Source: a virus (lineage: Duplodnaviria; Heunggongvirae; Uroviricota; Caudoviricetes). Taken from it: 64,000 nt of DNA. Positions 57,774-64,000 of the stretch are shown one piece after another (positions within the stretch are counted from its first letter, which is position 1; the number at the start of each line of letters is the position of its first letter). A program made the translations under genes and the position numbers. The DNA lies in the IMG/VR virus record IMGVR_UViG_3300036945_000956; one strand, written 5' to 3'. The notes beneath the pieces were generated by a model. It did no database searches, was not told the DNA's origin, and saw nothing but the letters and a program-made list of their open reading frames with translations.

Positions 57774-58229
57774 TTATACGACCAGCGTTGCCCATTGCTG
57801 AATTTTTTGTTTTAAAATAGCAGTTGCTTCGTATTTATTTTTCTCACGATTCCAAATCCGATCACCATCTTGCTTACCGTATTTTGCTACCATAGCCCAT
57901 ACACGAGGTAGGGTTAGAATTTGAAAGTATGACTCGTTTTCAGGCTTACGCTTTTGTTCGACTGATGTATAAGGCACACCAGCAATATAAGCACGAGCAA
58001 GGAAGGTGGCACGATTCTCATTCCGAACATCCCACTTACGGTGGTTATTCAATGAACAATATGTATTGAATGCTTTATCATCCCAACGAGGATACATATC
58101 GTTGTTTCCAGCGGCATGCCATTTATTTAGCGCCCATTGATACTGTTTGAGTTGCTTCCGTTCTTCAAATTTAATGATACGGGCTTCTTCGGATAGGTGT
58201 TTCGATTTTACTTTAAGTTCTACAGACAT
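57774..58229 (-). CDS. Hypothetical protein (151 aa)
   Basis: ORF just downstream of the tRNA-like element at 58622. Confidence 0.4.
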   Translation of the reverse strand: MSVELKVKSKHLSEEARIIKFEERKQLKQYQWALNKWHAAGNNDMYPRWDDKAFNTYCSLNNHRKWDVRNENRATFLARAYIAGVPYTSVEQKRKPENESYFQILTLPRVWAMVAKYGKQDGDRIWNREKNKYEATAILKQKIQQWATLVV

Positions 58230-58621
58230 TTTATTCTCCTAAATTGATTTCAAATTGGTTTCATGTTACAGTCCAATTTAGGGTGGTTTAGTAATCTACA
58301 AGTTATCACTCATTGTGATTCTCCTTTTTTAGAATTTCTTCGTATTTAGATACGACAACATCCAGTTCATCAACCTGTTTAACACTTTCTTCTGTGAACT
58401 TAAGATCACCTGATTTAATTTTAGTCATCATAGATTCAAGTCTATCAGCCATATTTTGTAGAGTCACAGTTAGTTCTCCTTGTTAATATCCAATATATCA
58501 GCCATGTCATGATTCACATCAGCATGACCTTGTTCATCAGCTCTTACACACAAAACAACATCACGCAAGGCCAATCTGGTAAGTTGTGATTTAGATACGA
58601 CATAAATTAGCCTTTCTTTAA

Positions 58622-58697
58622 TGGTGGGTCTACTGGGACTCGAGCCCAGATTGTTCGTTTTAGAGGCGATTGCATACACCGTTCATGCTCTAGACCC
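58622..58697 (-). ncRNA. tRNA-like element with an aberrant anticodon arm (possible tRNA pseudogene or noncanonical tRNA)
   Basis: Perfect acceptor GGGTCTA/TAGACCC-A-CCA, D-stem GCAT/ATGC and T-arm CTGGG-CTCGAGT-CCCAG. No 5 bp anticodon stem can be drawn. Confidence 0.35.
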
Positions 58698-58829
58698 AAA
58701 TTTGGGATGCCCTATACTTCCCGATATGACAGTCAGCATTTGATTTCTTCCATAGCCGACATCCAACTATAGCATATACCGTTACTAATTACTCTACTCT
58801 ATCAACGATCTAACTTTGAGTAGAAATTC

Positions 58830-59345
58830 TTATGTTATTTTTATCAATGTGCGGTTATGAATTCGTTGGATATTGTAACCGCCGGCAAGGATAGTGCGGA
58901 TATTGATATGATGATCACCAACGTTGAAACTACCTTCATAACCATCACTCATGTGTGTCAGATCAAAGTCAGGAATAGTCTCAATATTCTTCTTACGCAG
59001 AGCCGAGATGATTTGCAAATCACGTTTTGCAATAAGAGCATTCGTATTCTTCATCATGTTCTCAAGGCCACCGGCAAGACCACGATCGGCAATCAAATTC
59101 ATCATGGATTGACTACCCCAGTACTTGATCACTTCAGGACCACGCAATTTGTAATCCATACGGCCTGTATGTTGAGCATCCCATTCCTTCATATGAGGTT
59201 GGAAACCTTTGATCTTTTTCTCTGCCCATTCTTGGTCAGACTTAATCAGTTTGGCATTCAACTCTGCAAACGCTTTAGTGATCTTGGCTTGCATATCTTT
59301 TTCAATTGAAAAGGTCGAGAAATTTGATACGGTCATGGCGAACAT
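58830..59345 (-). CDS. Hypothetical protein (171 aa)
   Basis: ORF 40 nt downstream of a promoter cassette (taatgtcaacaac at 59385). Confidence 0.4.
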   Translation of the reverse strand: MFAMTVSNFSTFSIEKDMQAKITKAFAELNAKLIKSDQEWAEKKIKGFQPHMKEWDAQHTGRMDYKLRGPEVIKYWGSQSMMNLIADRGLAGGLENMMKNTNALIAKRDLQIISALRKKNIETIPDFDLTHMSDGYEGSFNVGDHHINIRTILAGGYNIQRIHNRTLIKIT

Positions 59346-59401
59346 CTCCTGTTGATATAATACTTATATATCACATAGAAAGTAATGTCAACAACTATTT
59401 T

Positions 59402-59493
59402 TGGCGGATCGTGTAGGATTTGAACCTACGGTAGAACTTTTGCCCTACGACGGTTTAGCAAACCGCTGATTTAAACCACTCATCCAACGATCC
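59402..59493 (-). tRNA. tRNA-Ser (GCU), long variable arm
   Basis: Acceptor GGATCGT/ACGATCC-G-CCA. Anticodon loop TTGCTAA. Long variable arm. T-arm GTAGG-TTCAAAT-CCTAC. Confidence 0.7.
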
Positions 59494-59608
59494 AATTCTT
59501 CATATGAAGGATACACCGGTCTTAATCCACCAGACATCGGTTCATCCACGTACACGCGGCAGCCATAAGCAAGACGATCGAGCACGCTTCACGGTGTATC
59601 CATGATAT

Positions 59609-59686
59609 AAAGAATATTGGTGCCTTCGGTGAGATTCGAACTCACACTAGACCGCTTTTGAGGCAGTCGCCTCTACCAGGTTGGGC
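59609..59686 (-). tRNA. tRNA, type I, anticodon loop CUCAAAA (reads as CAA by position; identity uncertain)
   Basis: Acceptor GCCTTCG/CGAAGGC-A-CCA. T-arm GTGAG-TTCGAAT-CTCAC. Confidence 0.5.
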
Positions 59687-60283
59687 TACGAAGGCATTAC
59701 GTATTTCTTTGTTATGGATTTTCTTGATCATGTCATCACGCATATCAATGCAGACGCAGCACCAACACTTATCCACCTTTGTCTTCTTGCCGTGCATATT
59801 GATATTGGCAGCGGCAGGATGATTTAGTGATCCGCGTGGCTTGTGATCACGATTGCGACCACGACCATAGACTGGAGATTTAGCCATTGTAATCCTCATC
59901 AGTTGCTTTATAGTAATCATCCATGCGCTTTTCTTGCATTGTCTTGCTTTTCCAGTGCTTGCGAGGATTGCCGCACATATAACAAGAACAATTATGTGGA
60001 GTATGCGCCAGTTGACCAATAGACGATTCATCAAGTGGTCGCCATTTGGAAAAGATCTTAACAACCCATTTCTTTTTCTTCAACTCTTGAAACCGCCGAA
60101 AAGCTCTATCACGCATTAGACTCTCCTATAGCATTTAACAGAATGTTTGGGGAAAGCTAAGATTACTCTTAGCGGCACCTTGCCATACTCCCCATCAAAG
60201 ATACACTGTTTGGATTCAAACCTTGTTCTAGTCTTGTCGATCTGCGCTTCTCACAGTGCTGACAGAGTATCTATGGTGGGGAG

Positions 60284-60916
60284 TTAGTTAAATTTAAGTT
60301 TTCTTCCGATTGACCAACCATTTGGTATTAATTGATCTCTATTTATTTTTTTACTTTGTTTTAATTCTATAGAATGAATCCACATTGTCCCATATTGTGA
60401 ATTGTTAGGACCTTTTTGATGATCAATTTTATCATATGTCAGTTTCTTTTTTTCAATAGCTTCTGGTGCACGTGAAGCTTCGTTTGCAATACGTCTAACA
60501 TTGGGATCAAAAAATCCTAATTGTTTTTCTTTAAGAGTTTTAATCGTTTTAGAATTACCTTTTCTTTTATCTAAAGATTGTTGGAATTCTGGCGATCTGA
60601 ATGGATTTTTAGCTTCACCTAACTCATTATTTATATAACCCCAACCGCCTCTGCCACCAGCACAAAGATTGTATGTATTTTCTTTTAAACAAAACTCTTC
60701 AGTTACTAACTCCGCTTCTTTAGCGTCCATATCAGATTCATTATCAAATTGGAAGAGTATTTCTTTTTCAAAATTCTCAATTCCATATTTTTTAATAGAT
60801 TCCTTTATCAACTTACCTGAACCCATATAACCATCATTGAGGTTCCGAGTTTGATGCTTACCAACATAAATTTTGTTATTCACTTTGTTTGTTATTTTAT
60901 AAATCGTATAGAACAT
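60284..60916 (-). CDS. GIY-YIG homing endonuclease (Seg-like)
   Basis: FYTIYKITNKVNNKIYVGKHQT ... YMGSG. Late promoter TATAAATA at 60941 to 60948 and SD AAGGAG. Confidence 0.7.
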   Translation of the reverse strand: MFYTIYKITNKVNNKIYVGKHQTRNLNDGYMGSGKLIKESIKKYGIENFEKEILFQFDNESDMDAKEAELVTEEFCLKENTYNLCAGGRGGWGYINNELGEAKNPFRSPEFQQSLDKRKGNSKTIKTLKEKQLGFFDPNVRRIANEASRAPEAIEKKKLTYDKIDHQKGPNNSQYGTMWIHSIELKQSKKINRDQLIPNGWSIGRKLKFN

Positions 60917-61116
60917 TCAATTACTCCTTGCATATCAGTATTTATAATACTATTTATTTCATAGGAGTATCGGAATCGAACCGATAGTTTTTGTTTTCTT
61001 GCTGTAAACATTCTAAATTAGTATTGCTAGGGGTTTCGGACGCTCCCTATTACGCAGCACTACGCTACTCGACTTACGCCTAAGTCTGGGTCTGTTAGTT
61101 CCGGCCTAGCAATTTT

Positions 61117-61194
61117 TGGTGCCTCTAGTCGGATTCGAACCGACACTGTATGGCTTCTAAGACCATTGCCTGCTACCAATTGGGCTACAGAGGC
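61117..61194 (-). tRNA. tRNA, type I, anticodon loop CUUAGAA (UAG by position; identity uncertain)
   Basis: Acceptor GCCTCTG/TAGAGGC-A-CCA. T-arm GTCGG-TTCGAAT-CCGAC. Confidence 0.5.
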
Positions 61195-61199
61195 ATATT

Positions 61200-61273
61200 T
61201 GGTAGTCTGTGAGGGAATCGAACCCACGTAGTCGCCGTGTAAAGACGATGTTCTACCATTGAACTAACAGACC
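61200..61273 (-). tRNA. tRNA-Val (UAC)
   Basis: Acceptor GGTCTGT/ACAGACT-A-CCA. D-stem GTTC/GAAC. Anticodon stem TCGTC/GGCGA with loop TTTACAC. Confidence 0.65.
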
Positions 61274-61416
61274 ATAATTGCTGGAGTCGACGTGATAATT
61301 CAATCGACTCCGAAACCCTTTTGTGCACATGGTACATAGGGAAATTTGGTGAAGTGGATTTACGTCGTATGCCACTTCGGTGTTGAGATTTCGACACGGA
61401 GTACTCAACGTATATT

Positions 61417-61490
61417 GGCGATCTATGGGGTAATCGAAACCCCGCCCTCGGATAGACAATCCGGTACGCTACCACTACGTCAATAGACCA
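61417..61490 (-). tRNA. tRNA-Asp (GUC) probable
   Basis: Acceptor GGTCTAT/ATAGATC-G-CCA. T-arm GGGGT-TTCGATT-ACCCC. Anticodon loop TTGTCTA on a 4 bp stem. Confidence 0.55.
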
Positions 61491-61495
61491 ATTTT

Positions 61496-61570
61496 GGAGC
61501 GGAGAATGGGAATCGAACCCACGACCTTCTCGTTGGCAACGAGTGGCTCTACCTCTGAGCTACCTCCGCA
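61496..61570 (-). tRNA. tRNA-Gly (GCC)
   Basis: GCGGAGGTAGCTCAGAGGTAGAGC...TTGCCAA loop...GTGGGTTCGATTCCCAT...CTCCGCTCCA. Confidence 0.65.
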
Positions 61571-61778
61571 ATTTAATTCTGGTGTCGATCTTCCTGCAAA
61601 TCCTGAGAAGGAATTTAACGATTTTACCAGCAGGCCGTCGATCATAAAGTAAAAATCTCGGTTATAAATACACCGCCAGAAACTGAATATGATGGAATAA
61701 CGAGCATCGGCCATGAACCGATAGTCTTTTTAGTTTCCATGTCAATACTTTGTAAACTCTGACACAACCATCATAACT

Positions 61779-61853
61779 TGGTGGAGAATGGGGGATTCGA
61801 ACCCCCGACTCAAGCGTGCAAGGCTAGTGTTTTCCCGATTAGACTAATTCCCC
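61779..61853 (-). tRNA. tRNA (anticodon not resolved by eye)
   Basis: Acceptor GGGGAAT/ATTCTCC-A-CCA. T-arm GGGGG-TTCGAAT-CCCCC. Confidence 0.5.
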
Positions 61854-62053
61854 GTTATTTGTTGTTTCTCATAAAGAATGAACACTTCTTAAAGTTTTCA
61901 AGACCTATCTCTTTGATAGTTGCCACAAACGCGGCAATTAATGCTTCTTCTCGTGTCATTGTTCATTCCTTTTAATTTAACAGGATCGTTTTGTCCGCTA
62001 AGACATCATTGCATTGATTTAGCGTTTTGGTTTGCTGAACCGATCCTAAACTA

Positions 62054-62144
62054 TGGCGGAGAGTGTGAGATTCGAACTCACGGAACGCTATTAACGTTCG
62101 GTAGTTTTCAAGACTACAGGCATAATCCTCTCGCCCAACTCTCC
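62054..62144 (-). tRNA. tRNA-Ser (UGA), long variable arm
   Basis: Acceptor GGAGAGT/ACTCTCC-G-CCA. Anticodon stem GTAGT/ACTAC with loop CTTGAAA. Variable arm CGAACGTTAATAGCGTTCC. Confidence 0.7.
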
Positions 62145-62151
62145 GTATATT

Positions 62152-62227
62152 TGGCTCCTGAGGAGGGTTACGATCCCCCGACCAACGAGTTAACAGCTCG
62201 GCGCTCTACCAACTGAGCTACTCAGGA
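62152..62227 (-). tRNA. tRNA-Asn (GUU)
   Basis: TCCTGAGTAGCTCAGTTGGTAGAGC...CTGTTAA loop...CTCAGGAGCCA. Confidence 0.65.
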
Positions 62228-62299
62228 ACATTGGTTATAATATGAAGGGCGACTATATCCTTCATCATTTTACCCTGACTAGCAGGTCTGCGCTGTATT

Positions 62300-62375
62300 T
62301 GGTTGCGGTGGGACGGACTCGAACCGTCGATCTACTGGTTATGAGCCAGTCAAGATGCCTCTTCTCTACCCCGCA
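62300..62375 (-). tRNA. tRNA-Met/Ile-like (CAU anticodon), slightly irregular acceptor and T-arm junction
   Basis: Anticodon stem ACTGG/CCAGT with loop CTCATAA. D-stem GAGA/TCTT. T-arm GACGG-TTCGAGT-CCGTC. The acceptor has 1 mismatch and an extra nucleotide. Confidence 0.5.
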
Positions 62376-62714
62376 AAACTTAATTTGAAAATGCTTTGGT
62401 CGACTCACCGATTCGAACGGTTAAGTAACTAGTGTAGTATCCACATACCTACGCCAAAGAATGCACTAGACTCATTTTCAAAACTCTGTTTTCAACGATA
62501 CACCACCAAAGCGTCTTTCTGGGCATAACCAGCGACCACCATGTCTACTCGCTTACATCTTTCGAATGGCGCACGAGGTATATCTGTGAAAACAGAATTT
62601 CTTCTGTTTCTCTCTATTATCGACCGAAGTCTAAGAGTAATTCTAAATTGTCAAAGAGCAAGTAGTAAGGTTGTTTTTCATTCCCTATGTGTTATATATA
62701 TCATATATGGAATG

Positions 62715-62745
62715 GATGTCAACAACTATTTTTGTTTTTTACATT
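62715..62745 (-). promoter_or_regulatory. Early promoter cassette upstream of the tRNA cluster
   Basis: ggatgtcaacaactatttttg, the same -35 and UP context as the other copies, oriented toward the tRNAs. Confidence 0.5.
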
Positions 62746-63243
62746 TATTTTTTAACAGGATCAACTTTTTGCTACGTGTGCTAACCATTACACTAGTGAC
62801 CCATTTGGCGCCACTTGGGATTCGAACCCAAACTCCGATCGTTCAATGATATGCTATTTGTTGCTGTAATGATCCTAAAATTTTACGTTTGTTGTAGATA
62901 TGGTTTAATTTCCCAGAGACCATCGGTCACTGTAACACAAAAGTGTTTAGTCCCCAATGTCACGATCCATCTTTTATTCATTCGAGTATCTCCAAAATTA
63001 TGTAGCCACGACCCATTACAGGTCGTAGCGAGCATTCATCAATCAAAGTCTTGATAAGAGGTGCCGATAATCTTATCAGAGCCACCATACTTATCAAGCA
63101 TTTTTTCAAATTCTTTACGATGATCAACTTTTGGTTCAGCTTCAGGTTTTTTCTTTTTCTTTAAAAAATCCTTAAACTTATCTATTGTTCTTTTCATTCA
63201 GACACCTTTAAAGGAAATTCCAGCTATGACTATTTATACAGTC

Positions 63244-64000
63244 TTAGTAATCATACCGAGCATTAAGTAATGTACGACACATGACGTTGTAAGGAGTGTA
63301 ATCCTCAAGGTCGTTTGCAAGAACACTCTTCATGATGGAAGGAGAGAAACCAGACACAAGCGCAGTGCCGTTCTTGTCGAACTTAACTGGAGTGTTGCCA
63401 TTTTCTTTGCCATACATTGACAAGTTCCAGAAAACGATCTTAGGAAGATCATAGCCTGCATCCTTATACTTTCGCTTGATCATCTGCATTGCAGAGTCAT
63501 CATAGCGAGTGCAAGAATCGAACTGCATGTCAGACAATACCAACATCATGTCAGGCATATCTTTCTGAGCCACTTTACCCTTGACAGCAATCTTCAGGAT
63601 TTCATCAAATGCTGCGTGTAGGTTGGTGTTCATTTGCCAAGAAGATGTTGACATTTGATCCATCTTCTGAGACAGGGTGCCTTTCAGATGCAACATTTCT
63701 GGGTGTCCAGAGAAGGTCAAGAACAAGTCTTTGAATGCACCAGTGTTCTTGCTTGCGCAGTAAAGACCAAGGGAAACAGCAATGTCGATTGGTTGTAGAG
63801 CGCTACCTGTTGAGTAGTGAAGCGAACCCATAGAACCAGAGACGTCGACCATAGGCAGAACCTTTGCATCGCCGATGTAGTTAGGCAGAGCTTTCCATTG
63901 TTCATCAGCGACAGCTTTGTTACCCTTGATCACAGACTTCACAACATCATACGGATATACCGCACCAGCGTTAATCTTGACCTTTGGATCACGTTCTGCT
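63244..64000 (-). CDS. von Willebrand factor A (vWA) domain protein, 5' partial (continues past the window end); CobT-like C-terminal domain possible
   Basis: MIDAS motif VDVSGSMG (DxSxS). The frame stays open upstream of the GTG at 63942 through to position 64000. Confidence 0.5.
   Translation of the reverse strand, partial: AERDPKVKINAGAVYPYDVVKSVIKGNKAVADEQWKALPNYIGDAKVLPMVDVSGSMGSLHYSTGSALQPIDIAVSLGLYCASKNTGAFKDLFLTFSGHPEMLHLKGTLSQKMDQMSTSSWQMNTNLHAAFDEILKIAVKGKVAQKDMPDMMLVLSDMQFDSCTRYDDSAMQMIKRKYKDAGYDLPKIVFWNLSMYGKENGNTPVKFDKNGTALVSGFSPSIMKSVLANDLEDYTPYNVMCRTLLNARYDY

Noticed and set aside
58470-58679. 69 aa ORF on the minus strand
   Set aside because: It overlaps the tRNA-like element at 58622 to 58697 and has no cassette promoter.
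61185-61975. Track ORFs at 61185..61475 and 61253..61459 (minus) and at 61778..61975 and 61920..62216 (plus)
   Set aside because: They overlap tRNA genes and lack promoters or SDs. They are artefacts of low stop-codon density in tRNA DNA.
27935-62745. Possibility that the repeated about 50 bp element is a CRISPR array or MITE
   Set aside because: Copies are separated by whole genes, not by short spacers. Each sits immediately upstream of an ATG in a fixed orientation and contains canonical -35 and -10 hexamers.
62541-63054. Plus-strand ORFs 62541..62849 and 62815..63054
   Set aside because: They sit in the non-coding leader and promoter region of the tRNA cluster, are AT-rich with junk composition, and have no expression signals.

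Overview
This window looks like a T4-like myovirus genome segment with low GC, roughly one third. Almost every gene is on the minus strand. Positions 1 to 22200 hold a baseplate and tail module read from both strands. It contains gp6, gp25, gp5-like, gp27-like and gp7-like proteins, a tail-tube-fold protein, and a large structural ORF that runs off the window start. Divergent TATAAATA T4-type late promoters sit at 18157 to 18191. Positions 22261 to 63942 are an early and middle region. It encodes gp32, gp59, RNase H (rnh), an NrdC-like glutaredoxin, PhoH, RtcB, speD, HAD phosphatases, a GT4 glycosyltransferase, an SPFH protein, three GIY-YIG homing endonucleases, a cluster of about 13 tRNAs at 57426 to 62375, and dozens of small ORFs. 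Most early genes carry a nearly identical sigma70-like promoter, SD and ATG cassette (TTGACA, 17 bp spacer, TATAAA, then AAGGAAA). This cassette is often fused directly to a GC-hairpin terminator of the upstream gene. The strongest novelty candidate is a GC-rich 300 bp intergenic element at 24690 to 24996 on the minus strand. It reads as a circularly permuted, two-piece tmRNA (ssrA) gene with a tag reading frame ANENFAPEVRLAA-stop, which is the alphaproteobacterial arrangement. Other notable items: a PAAR-like gene followed by a PD-(D/E)xK nuclease far from the baseplate module, RtcB next to the tRNA cluster, several high-GC cargo genes, and a virion-associated GH23-like transglycosylase plus M15 peptidase in the baseplate module. 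Protein identifications come from remembered motifs and family signatures only. No database search was run.
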